A DNA stretch of 64,000 bases from a bacterium (GTDB lineage Bacteria; Electryoneota; Electryoneia; Electryoneales; Electryoneaceae). Under the pieces are notes generated by a model. That model made no database searches. It worked only from the letters and a program-made list of their open reading frames with translations, and had not been told where the DNA came from. Position 1 is the stretch's first letter. The number at the start of each line of letters is the position of its first letter. Positions 9,332-17,318 of the stretch are shown in pieces. The position numbers were made by a program, and so were the translations under genes. The stretch covers positions 2,688,001 to 2,752,000 of the forward strand of contig CAXXKJ010000002.1 in NCBI GenBank assembly GCA_963675295.2, given 5' to 3'.

Positions 9332-10131
9332 GCGAAATAGCTTTCGTCGTCGTTGGGGAAATCGCGGTTGCGAATGTCATCGATGTATTGACGCACCGAG
9401 TCACCGATCAGTTTGCTGCCCTCGAGGTAGCGCCGGACGAAGCGGAATTTCGGACCGAGACCGAGCATGTCATAACTGACCAGGATCTGCCCGTCACACT
9501 GCGGACCGGATCCGATGCCGATGGTCGGGATGGTCAACGATTCGCTGACTTCTTTCGCCAGGTCGACCGGGATTTTTTCCAACACGATGGCGAATACGCC
9601 GGCGTCCTGGAGTTTCAGTGCGTCCTCACGGATGCGTTGCGCTTCCTTCTCCTCCGCGCCACGAAGCGCGTAGCCGCCGAACGCGTGTACTGATTGCGGG
9701 GTCAGGCCGAGATGTCCCATCACCGGCATGCCCATCTCGGTCATGCGGGCGATGGCGTCCAACGCATGGCCAGCGCCCTCTACCTTGACCGCTTCCGCAC
9801 GGCCTTCCTTCATCAGCCGGATGCAGCCCTCAATGCAGGCTTCAGTCGATACCTGTGCGACGCCGAAGGGGAGATCCGCAACCAGCAGCGCGCGTTTCAC
9901 GCCACGGCTGACATTCTTCGTCAGGAAGACGATCTCATCCAGTGTGATGGAGATCGTGTCAGGCAAGCCGGTGATCACCATTCCGGACGAATCGCCGACG
10001 AGGATCACATCCAGCCCGGCTTTGTCCTCGACAGCGGCGAGGGTTGCGTCGTAGGCTGTGAGCGCGGCGATCGGCACACCCTTACGTTTCATCTCGGCGA
10101 GGTACGGTGCGGTGATTTTTTTCGGTTCCAT
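9328..10131 (-). CDS. panB: 3-methyl-2-oxobutanoate hydroxymethyltransferase
   Basis: LTAYDA, ILVGDS, AVKVEG, MGHLGLTPQS, TIGIGSG..CDGQILV. Confidence 0.97.
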   Translation of the reverse strand: MEPKKITAPYLAEMKRKGVPIAALTAYDATLAAVEDKAGLDVILVGDSSGMVITGLPDTISITLDEIVFLTKNVSRGVKRALLVADLPFGVAQVSTEACIEGCIRLMKEGRAEAVKVEGAGHALDAIARMTEMGMPVMGHLGLTPQSVHAFGGYALRGAEEKEAQRIREDALKLQDAGVFAIVLEKIPVDLAKEVSESLTIPTIGIGSGPQCDGQILVSYDMLGLGPKFRFVRRYLEGSKLIGDSVRQYIDDIRNRDFPNDDESYFA

Positions 10132-11297
10132 CAGCGATCATCCTCCGCAGTCACGGCGGGTTCGGTTAACGCTTCAACTTCCGAATTTCGCAGCGCGCGG
10201 GCAATGATCCCGCCTCCCCAGACGGCGTCTCCACGGTACCACACCGCCGACTGGCCAGGTGTGACGGCATTCACCGGTTTGTCGAAGACCACCGATACAC
10301 GTCCATCCTGCTCCGGGTAGACTGTAGCCTGGAACCCCCTGGGGTCGTTGTAACGGATCTTGACGACGCATGCGGTTGGTTCCTCAGGCGCGTCGAACGA
10401 CACCCAGTTTGGCGTGTTGACCAACATGCCGGGACGCGCGAGCGCTGCCCGGTCACCAACCACGACACGGTTCCGCTCGGCGTCGAGCTCGGTGACGTAG
10501 TACGGGCCGTGACCGTCGGAGATGTCCAGTCCGCGGCGTTGGCCGATAGTGAAGGAATAAAAGCCGCTGTGCGAGCCTACCGTTCTGCCGTCCTGATCAA
10601 CAATCTCGCCCTCGCCGATGGTGTTGACCTTGTCGGCGTGTGCGCTGCGCAAGTGGTCGTCGTATCGTCCGTGAATAAAGCACACGTCCTGGCTGTCCGG
10701 CTTCTCGGCGGTGCGGAAATCCAGTTCACGCGCTTTGTCGCGGATCTTGTCCTTGGTCCACTCGCCAAGTGGCAGCAGAGTCATGCTCAATGCCGTGCGC
10801 GGCAATTGCCACAGAGCGTAACTCTGGTCCTTGAGCGGGTCGAGCCCTTTCTCGAGGCGTGGTCCGGATTCGGTGTGCGTGATGCGAGCGTAGTGGCCGG
10901 TCGCGATGAAATCAAAGCCGAAGACAGGCGCGCGCTTCAGCACCTCGCCCCACTTGAGGTACGTGTTGCAGGCGATGCACGGATTCGGGGTACGTCCCTC
11001 GAGGTAGGCGTTTTCGTACGGCTGGACGACATTCCGCGTGAACTGGTCGCGTAGATCTAGCACCAGGTGCTCGATGCCGAGCTGATGGCAGATTACTCGG
11101 GCATCCATCTGGTGCGAGACGTCGCAACAGCCGCGTTCCCCGACGGGGCGTGCGCCCGCGCTCTCGTAGTCCCAGAGCTGCAGCGTGAGGCCGACAACAT
11201 CGTAGCCCTGCTCCAGTAACAACGCGGCGGCGACAGAGCTATCCACTCCCCCGCTCATCAACACTCCGACACGCGTCATGTCGCCGTTGGTGCTCAC
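10131..11297 (-). CDS. mnmA: tRNA-specific 2-thiouridylase
   Basis: MSGGVDSS, GRTPNPCIACN, ATGHYAR, KDQSY, DSQDVCF, TIGQRRG, AVTPGQ. Start is the GTG at 11297 (overlapping the iscS stop) or the ATG at 11279. Confidence 0.96.
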   Translation of the reverse strand: MSTNGDMTRVGVLMSGGVDSSVAAALLLEQGYDVVGLTLQLWDYESAGARPVGERGCCDVSHQMDARVICHQLGIEHLVLDLRDQFTRNVVQPYENAYLEGRTPNPCIACNTYLKWGEVLKRAPVFGFDFIATGHYARITHTESGPRLEKGLDPLKDQSYALWQLPRTALSMTLLPLGEWTKDKIRDKARELDFRTAEKPDSQDVCFIHGRYDDHLRSAHADKVNTIGEGEIVDQDGRTVGSHSGFYSFTIGQRRGLDISDGHGPYYVTELDAERNRVVVGDRAALARPGMLVNTPNWVSFDAPEEPTACVVKIRYNDPRGFQATVYPEQDGRVSVVFDKPVNAVTPGQSAVWYRGDAVWGGGIIARALRNSEVEALTEPAVTAEDDR

Positions 11298-12493
11298 CAG
11301 ACCGCCATCTCCCGCAGGCGCTTGACATGCTTGCCGATCATTTGCGCCGCGTACAGCAGATCGTCGGCGGAATTGCCGCGTCCGAGGGTGACACGAATGG
11401 ATGCGTTCGCCTGCTCGCCGTTCAAGCCGAGCGCGGTGAGCACGTGGGATGGGTTGGTGCTGCCGGAGCTGCACGCCGACCCGATCGAGATTGCGACACC
11501 GTCCAGGTCGAGTGCGAGAAGAAGCGAGTCCGCCTCGACTCCCGGGAATTGCAGGTTCAGGTTGAGGTAGATTCGGTTCTCGAGGCTTCCATTGACGATT
11601 ACCTCGCCATCAACTTCGGCCTTGATCCACTGGAGGAACAGGTCACGCAGCTCGCCGATGCGCTTGGCGTCGGATTCCATCATCTCAGTGCAAAGCAATG
11701 CTGCGGCGCCAAAACCGGCAATACCCGGCATGTTTTCGGTGCCGGTGCGGACACCTTTCTCCTGTCCGCCACCAAACTGCCGTGACGACAGCTCAACGCC
11801 CTCGCGGATGTATAACGCGCCAACGCCCTTCGGGCCATAGATCTTGTGGCTGCTCATGGATACGAGGTCAACGGGTAGCGATTCGACGTCCAGCGGTACC
11901 TTGCCAAAGCCCTGCACGGCATCAGTGTGGAACAACGCACCCCGATCTTTCGCGATGGCGACAAGTTGATCGAGCGGTTGAATCGTGCCGATTTCGTTGT
12001 TGACCTGCATGATGCTGACCAGCGCGGTCTGATCGGTCATCACGTCGCGGAGTGCATCCGGGTCGACGAAACCGTCCGGCGTAACCGGGAGGATCGTGAC
12101 CGTGAAGCCGTCCTTCTCCAGCGCATCAGCGGCCTTGAGCACGGCGCTGTGTTCGATGGCGTCGGTGATGAAATGGTCGCCACGTCCGGCCGCGCGGGCG
12201 GCGTGCATCGCGCCGATGATCGCGAGGTTGTCCGCCTCGGTACCACCGGATGTGAAGAAAACGTTTTCCGGCTTGGCGTTGATCAGCGCGGCGACCTGTT
12301 CACGGGAACGCTCGAGCACGATCTTCGCGTCGTTGCCGATGCGGTACTTGCTTGAGGGGTTGCCCCACTGTTCCAGCATGGTACGCTTGACCACTTCCGC
12401 GACGGACGGATCCACCGGCGTCGTCGCACTGTGATCGAGGTAGACACTTCGCTTGTCGCCGGATTGCGGCTGGTTGTTGTTCGACTCAAACAT
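11294..12493 (-). CDS. iscS: Cysteine desulfurase (IscS/NifS type)
   Basis: YLDHSATT, FTSGGTEADN, HTDAVQ, SSHKIYGPKG, GSACSSG; adjacent to mnmA. Confidence 0.95.
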   Translation of the reverse strand: MFESNNNQPQSGDKRSVYLDHSATTPVDPSVAEVVKRTMLEQWGNPSSKYRIGNDAKIVLERSREQVAALINAKPENVFFTSGGTEADNLAIIGAMHAARAAGRGDHFITDAIEHSAVLKAADALEKDGFTVTILPVTPDGFVDPDALRDVMTDQTALVSIMQVNNEIGTIQPLDQLVAIAKDRGALFHTDAVQGFGKVPLDVESLPVDLVSMSSHKIYGPKGVGALYIREGVELSSRQFGGGQEKGVRTGTENMPGIAGFGAAALLCTEMMESDAKRIGELRDLFLQWIKAEVDGEVIVNGSLENRIYLNLNLQFPGVEADSLLLALDLDGVAISIGSACSSGSTNPSHVLTALGLNGEQANASIRVTLGRGNSADDLLYAAQMIGKHVKRLREMAVW

Positions 12494-12495
12494 GG

Positions 12496-13080
12496 TCAGA
12501 CCTGTGTGCGCCACCAGTCGGCGAACGCCCGCAGCGCCCGTCCCCGGTGACTGATCTTGTTTTTCTCGTCCGCGCCCATCTCGGCCAGGGTGCGTATTTC
12601 GTTCTCTGGCACGAAGACCGGATCGTAGCCGAAACCGTTCTCGCCACGCGGGGTGTCGATGATACGCCCCTCGAGCACACCGTCAAAGCGCAATGGTTCG
12701 TGTCCATCGACGACGCAGCAAATCACAGTCCGGAAACGCGCGGTTTTCGATGCTGGGTCAGCATCACGAAGTTCGTGCAGCAGCTTGTTGACGTTGTCGG
12801 CGTAGGTGGCGTCCTCCCCGGCGTATCGCGCTGCATACACCCCCGGCTCGCCGTTGAGCGCATCAACCTCAAGGCCGGTGTCGTCCGCGATGCTCAGCTG
12901 CCCGGTCCGACGGTAGCCTTCCTCAGCTTTCAGCAGCGCGTTGGCGAACAAGGTGTCGCCGGTTTCGTCCACATCGGGATCGTCCGGAGCGGGATGTAAA
13001 ACCTCCACCTCTTCGCCGAGCAACTCCTTCAGTTCACGGAGTTTGTCCTTGTTCTTGGTTGAAACGTACAAGCTGGGCAT
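12496..13080 (-). CDS. rdgB: Non-canonical purine NTP pyrophosphatase (RdgB/HAM1)
   Basis: STKNKDKLRE, ADDTGLEVDALNGEPGVY, GFGYDPVF, KNKISHRGRA. Start MPSLY at 13080. Confidence 0.96.
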   Translation of the reverse strand: MPSLYVSTKNKDKLRELKELLGEEVEVLHPAPDDPDVDETGDTLFANALLKAEEGYRRTGQLSIADDTGLEVDALNGEPGVYAARYAGEDATYADNVNKLLHELRDADPASKTARFRTVICCVVDGHEPLRFDGVLEGRIIDTPRGENGFGYDPVFVPENEIRTLAEMGADEKNKISHRGRALRAFADWWRTQV

Positions 13081-13108
13081 GAGATAATTCCACGTAAGCT
13101 GTTCAGGA

Positions 13109-14269
13109 TCAGAGGATGGTAAGGAATGAATCGCCGGGTCCACTCCACTCCAGCTCGAAAAACTCCGCGAGAGTGGCGGCGACATCGCTGAAGTTCCGGG
13201 TTCCGATGCCGGTTCCGGACGAGCCTCGGCCGTACATCGCCAGCAGTGGCACCTGTTCACGCGAATGGTCGGTACCGGGGTGCAGCGGATCGTTGCCGTG
13301 GTCAGCGGTGATGATCAGCAGATCGTCAGGCCGTAGCGCCTCCAGCCACCGCGCCAGTCCCTTGTCGAATTCTTCAAGCCCGGACGCGAAGCCAGCCGGG
13401 TCGTTGCGGTGCCCCCAGAGCGTGTCGAAATCGAGCAGGTTGGTAAAGGTCAGGCTGGTCTCATCACTGGCCATCCGTCGCAGGGTCGCCTCGATCCCGA
13501 GGGCGTTGGTCGCAGTCTTTTCCTGCGAGGTGAACCCCCGGCCCGCGAACAGCGTTCCGACCTTGCCGACGCCATATACCGGAATTTTTCGTTCCTGCAA
13601 TTTGTCGAGCACCGTGTCAGCAGTTGGTTCGACGGCGAAGTCCTTGCGGTTGGCGGTGCGTTCGAAGGCTCCCTCTTTACCAATGAATGGCCGCGCGATC
13701 ACCCGCCCGACACGATGCGGCGGCTGCAGGCGGTCCCGCAGTTCCTGACAGATATGGTAGAGCTCGTCGAGTGGGACGATGTCCTCGTGCGCGAGCAATT
13801 GCAGCACGGAATCGGCTGAGGTATACAGGATCAGAGCACCGGAGCGGACATGTTCACCGCCGAGGCGTTCCATGATCTCGGTGCCGGAGGCTGCAGCATT
13901 GCCGAGGATTTCACGTCCGCTGACCTCGCGCACCAGGTCAACGATTTCGGGTGGGAAGCCAGCCGGGTAGGTCGGGAATGGGATCTCGTTAATCACGCCA
14001 CACAGTTCCCAGTGCCCTGTGACCGAGTCTTTTCCGGCGCTGTGCTCACGGAGAAGCCCGTGTACGGCGCGAGGCTCGTTCACGGGCTGAAGTCCTGCCA
14101 ATGGTGCGATGTTCGCCAGCCCGAGCGCCTGCAGGTTTGGCAGGTGCAACGAACCGGCATATTCGGCCACATGGCCCAGCGTATTCGCGCCGTCATCTCC
14201 ATAACTGGAGGAGTCCGGCGCCGGTCCAAAACCGACGCCGTCCAGAATCACTAGAAATGCTCGGCGCAT
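13109..14269 (-). CDS. deoB: Phosphopentomutase
   Basis: ILDGVG, GKDSVTGHWE, YTSADSV, RVIARPF, DFDTLWGHRND, TADHGNDP, DHSRE. Confidence 0.96.
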   Translation of the reverse strand: MRRAFLVILDGVGFGPAPDSSSYGDDGANTLGHVAEYAGSLHLPNLQALGLANIAPLAGLQPVNEPRAVHGLLREHSAGKDSVTGHWELCGVINEIPFPTYPAGFPPEIVDLVREVSGREILGNAAASGTEIMERLGGEHVRSGALILYTSADSVLQLLAHEDIVPLDELYHICQELRDRLQPPHRVGRVIARPFIGKEGAFERTANRKDFAVEPTADTVLDKLQERKIPVYGVGKVGTLFAGRGFTSQEKTATNALGIEATLRRMASDETSLTFTNLLDFDTLWGHRNDPAGFASGLEEFDKGLARWLEALRPDDLLIITADHGNDPLHPGTDHSREQVPLLAMYGRGSSGTGIGTRNFSDVAATLAEFFELEWSGPGDSFLTIL

Positions 14270-14282
14270 ACGCTTGGTCTAC

Positions 14283-14480
14283 TCAAGCAAAAATTTCTTT
14301 CTCCTTGGAGGCAACGACGTCCACCATCACCGCGCGGTAACGGTACACCCCGGGCTTGCCTTCAACTTCCTGCGGGCGCAACACTTGAACGGTGGTGATT
14401 TCTTCACCGGCTTCGTTGAAGCGCTTCGACGCCTGCTTACCTTTCGCCAGCTTCGCGGCGAACGTCTTGCCCTTCGGCAT
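14283..14480 (-). CDS. Small basic protein, possible DUF4295/bL38-like ribosomal protein
   Basis: 65 aa with Lys-rich N-terminus (MPKGKTFAAKLAKGK) and beta-hairpin-like core; AGGAG RBS and its own promoter-like sequence. Family call is from recalled resemblance only. Confidence 0.55.
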   Translation of the reverse strand: MPKGKTFAAKLAKGKQASKRFNEAGEEITTVQVLRPQEVEGKPGVYRYRAVMVDVVASKEKEIFA

Positions 14481-14555
14481 GGTCAACTCCTGATGCTATC
14501 AACATGCTGTCGTACACGATTTCAGGGCGGGTAAAATCCCGCTTCAAGACCCCGA

Positions 14556-14585
14556 AGGTACGTCAACCAAACCGCGTACAGCAAG
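14556..14585 (-). promoter_or_regulatory. Putative sigma70 promoter of the small basic protein gene
   Basis: Minus strand TTGCTG-N18-TACCTT; the same -10 (TACCTT) occurs upstream of rpmE. Confidence 0.4.
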
Positions 14586-14620
14586 TCCGAACCGGGGATG
14601 GGCTCGGGTTGCGGCGGGAC

Positions 14621-15154
14621 TTATTCCCCACCACTGACCGTTTGCACCGGATAATCCGGCAGGTCACGCTGATGCGTGCTCAGGCTATCATTCGCCATGC
14701 TGCTGTCGACGGCGTCCGCCAGCATACCATCATCAATCGATTCCGGCATCGCCATCTTCTCTGCACTCATGACCGCTGGCGTTTCGGTTTCAGCCACCGG
14801 CGCCGTTGCCACAGAACTCTCCTGTAGGGTCGGGAACATCACGAACGCCATCGCCGCTACACCGGCCACTGCACCGACAGTCACCACGGGCCACCGAAGC
14901 CAGCTCGATCGCTCCGGCTGGGGAGCCTCCGATTCGCTGTGATTTGCCGCGAACACACGCATGCGGTAAGCAAAATCCGCAGGTGCGACTTCAGGCTCGT
15001 CGTCGAGCAGTAGTTCGCGTACCCAGTCACCGCCTTCAGAGAAGGCTTGACACTGCTTGTCCGTTTTCGCGAGACGCTCGAGTTCGTCACGTGTTGCCTG
15101 GTCGAGTTCGTCCCGCTTGGGCCATAACTCTTCAAATCGTTCCAGATCCATCAT
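14621..15154 (-). CDS. Putative membrane-bound anti-sigma factor
   Basis: Downstream of the ECF sigma. N-terminal helical domain with a degenerate ZAS-like segment (DKQCQAF), AP.DFA.RM motif, single TM helix and low-complexity periplasmic tail. Confidence 0.7.
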   Translation of the reverse strand: MMDLERFEELWPKRDELDQATRDELERLAKTDKQCQAFSEGGDWVRELLLDDEPEVAPADFAYRMRVFAANHSESEAPQPERSSWLRWPVVTVGAVAGVAAMAFVMFPTLQESSVATAPVAETETPAVMSAEKMAMPESIDDGMLADAVDSSMANDSLSTHQRDLPDYPVQTVSGGE

Positions 15155-15254
15155 TCTTCCACACTCATGCCAAAGGTTGCCACACGCCTGCGGCCGCATT
15201 TAGCGGACCTGTCAGGCCCAATCACCTCCATCTCCCTTGGATACTTCCGCGTCT

Positions 15255-15612
15255 ATGCAACAAGGATCCCAGCACGAAGGTTCCCAACCTCCGCTATCCC
15301 CTGATCCTTATCGTCTGGTAAGAGAACTTCGCACAACATGCAGCGTTGCCGGGTCTGACCCATCGACCCTGTGCTGGTGCAACGTCTCAACCGTGATGTG
15401 GTTCCCGGGAAAGTCTCCCCCGTGTCTCACAGTCTCTTTTCGCTTGTGCGTATTGGCTGGATTTCCGAACAGTGCAGGTTGGTCGTCGAGGTAGAAATGC
15501 GAACGTTGTGAGGTACAACCTGTCAGCAATGTTCGATTACATCTCCCGGAAATCCGTGAAATCCAATATCCATCGTACGGGTATAACACGAGAGCAGAAG
15601 GTGAAGGTTCCC
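15255..15612 (-). promoter_or_regulatory. Three ECF-type promoter motifs (GGAAC-N16/17-CGT/TGTT)
   Basis: GGGAAC-N16-CGTGTTA (about 15584-15612), GGGAAC-N16-CGTTGCA (about 15378-15406) and GGGAAC-N17-TGTTGCA (about 15256-15285), all pointing toward the anti-sigma gene. Confidence 0.55.
15284..15482 (-). ncRNA. Candidate ~200-nt structured ncRNA (6S-sized)
   Basis: The ends pair (CCAACCUGCACUGUUC / GGAUAGCGGAGGUUGG) and enclose several internal helices with G-U pairs on the minus strand. No convincing ORF. Confidence 0.45.
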
Positions 15613-15622
15613 GATTTTCGTA

Positions 15623-16228
15623 TTATGACTCCCGGAGTATTTTCAGCTTCTTCTGCAGACGCGCTCGACCCCTGTTAACTCGGGATTTAATCGTGCCAAT
15701 CGGCACATCGAGAATCTCTGCGATTTCCTCGTAACTCTTGTTTTCGAGGTCACGCAGGATGACGGCCGCGCGGTACGCATCGGGCAGTTTCTGGATCTCG
15801 TGATTGACCATCCGCCGGATCTCGTTCCGCCGCGCGAGCTCGTCCGTGGCGGGACCGGAATCTTCCACGTCGATAGATTCGTCCTCGGGATTTTCCCCGC
15901 CGGTACGGATCGGAACCATGCGGCGAATCTTGCGGCGGCGCAGCTCGGTCTTCGACAGGTTCCCGGCGATGGTGTACACCCAGGTCGAGAACTTGGCGAC
16001 GGTTTTGTAGTGGTGACGATGCTTCCACACCCGGATGTACGTTTCCTGCAGCACATCCTGGTTGTGGTTGCCGGGACCGAGAAAGCGGGCGATAAAGGTC
16101 AGCAGCGGATGCTGATACCGTTCGACAAGATTCTCGAACGCGATCACATCATCCTGCTGCACCAGCGCCATCAACTCTTCGTCTGTCTGGTCCGTATAAC
16201 TGATCTCGGAGGAATTCTCCGCCATCAC
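15623..16228 (-). CDS. ECF RNA polymerase sigma factor (RpoE/SigW-like)
   Basis: DEELM..., DVLQETYIRVW, FSTWVYTIAGN, and region 4 LPDAYRAAVILRD...SYEEIAEILDVPIGTIKSRVNRGR. Start overlaps the holA stop. Confidence 0.96.
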   Translation of the reverse strand: MMAENSSEISYTDQTDEELMALVQQDDVIAFENLVERYQHPLLTFIARFLGPGNHNQDVLQETYIRVWKHRHHYKTVAKFSTWVYTIAGNLSKTELRRRKIRRMVPIRTGGENPEDESIDVEDSGPATDELARRNEIRRMVNHEIQKLPDAYRAAVILRDLENKSYEEIAEILDVPIGTIKSRVNRGRARLQKKLKILRES

Positions 16229-17238
16229 TGGGCTTCCTTCCGATCGAGTGAAATGTTGTGCACAAAAGCGGCGAACCCGATCTCGTCATCAAAACTGCGC
16301 GTCTTGCGCGCGCGATCGAGTTCGAGCATTCGCTTCAGCTGGTTGTCCGCATAGTCCCAAGGCAGCGGTTTCACGCTGTTGTTCATCATCTGCCACTGGC
16401 GCTTGGTGTTTCCGGACCACTTGCGCTCACCCGGAGGCGTGCGTTTCTGGTCGTACAGCCGTTCTTTTACAATCATCCGCCAGCGTCGCGCAATCTGCGA
16501 GAAGAAAAAACCGCTCTGCTGGCTGAGGTGATCCTTCAACAATTCGACCTCACGCAGAGCAACCAACCGGTCCCCGGCCGCGACATGGTCGAAGAAACTC
16601 CAGATGTTCACTTCTTCTTCGATGCCCCAGACCCGCTGCAGAATTTCTGGAGTAATCGTCTCTCCTTCTTCAATCAGGAGCGACGCCTTCAGCAGCTCGC
16701 CGTGCAGTTCAATCAATCGTCCGCCGGAATCAGCCAGCAGGTCGAGCGCTGCGTCGTCGATGTGTACACCGAAGCGTTCAGCCGCTTTCGCCGCCCAGGC
16801 GGTCAACGCCTTGCCGCGTGGCGTTGTGCAGTCGACGACATCCACCATCCCGGCCAGTTTCTTGATCCAGGCAGCCTTGCCGTCCGAATTGATCAGCAGC
16901 AGCAAGAGTGTGCTGTCGACGGGATTCGCGGCGTAGTCAGAGAGATATTTCTGTACTGTCGGGACCACGGCGTCGGCACGCTTGACGACCACGACCCGCT
17001 GTTCCGCCATCATCGGCAACGCGGACAACGCGGGCGCCAGCTCACGGACGTCCAGTCCGTCGCCGTAGAGCACGTCAAGGTTGAAGTCGCGGGTTGTTTC
17101 GTCCGGTACAGCGCGAGCGGCTCGTTCCACGTGATCCAGCAGCAACGGTTCGTCGCCGAGTGCGACGCACACCGGCCCGACTCCACCGTTGGCGGCGAGT
17201 TTCGCAAAGTCCGCGGCTCTGATCTTCCGTGGTGGCAC
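16225..17238 (-). CDS. holA: DNA polymerase III delta subunit
   Basis: GDEPLLL, RDFNLDVLYG, LPMMAEQRVVVV pattern; about 337 aa from the GTG at 17238. Confidence 0.85.
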   Translation of the reverse strand: MPPRKIRAADFAKLAANGGVGPVCVALGDEPLLLDHVERAARAVPDETTRDFNLDVLYGDGLDVRELAPALSALPMMAEQRVVVVKRADAVVPTVQKYLSDYAANPVDSTLLLLLINSDGKAAWIKKLAGMVDVVDCTTPRGKALTAWAAKAAERFGVHIDDAALDLLADSGGRLIELHGELLKASLLIEEGETITPEILQRVWGIEEEVNIWSFFDHVAAGDRLVALREVELLKDHLSQQSGFFFSQIARRWRMIVKERLYDQKRTPPGERKWSGNTKRQWQMMNNSVKPLPWDYADNQLKRMLELDRARKTRSFDDEIGFAAFVHNISLDRKEAQ

Positions 17239-17318
17239 AACCTCTCCCTGGTGTGGCTGGTCTTCGTCTACCCTAAAAAAGCACGCCAGAGGCACCCGGC
17301 GCAACGAATCCAGCGAGT

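Noticed and set aside
4421-13260. Long N-terminal extensions in the ORF track for argS, mnmA and rdgB (likewise nuoB, nuoD, nuoH)
   Set aside because: Artefacts of taking the most upstream start; they overlap neighbouring genes, and better downstream starts exist.
15284-15482. Known riboswitch (c-di-AMP/ydaO, cobalamin, glycine) or SRP RNA as the identity of the structured region
   Set aside because: Signature motifs were not found by eye (CAGCUAAC, the B12 box, the SRP GGAAG/CAGC helix).
15308-15589. 93-aa ORF in the sigma/anti-sigma gap
   Set aside because: Non-ATG start, no RBS and no protein-like features; the region is better explained by promoter motifs and RNA structure.
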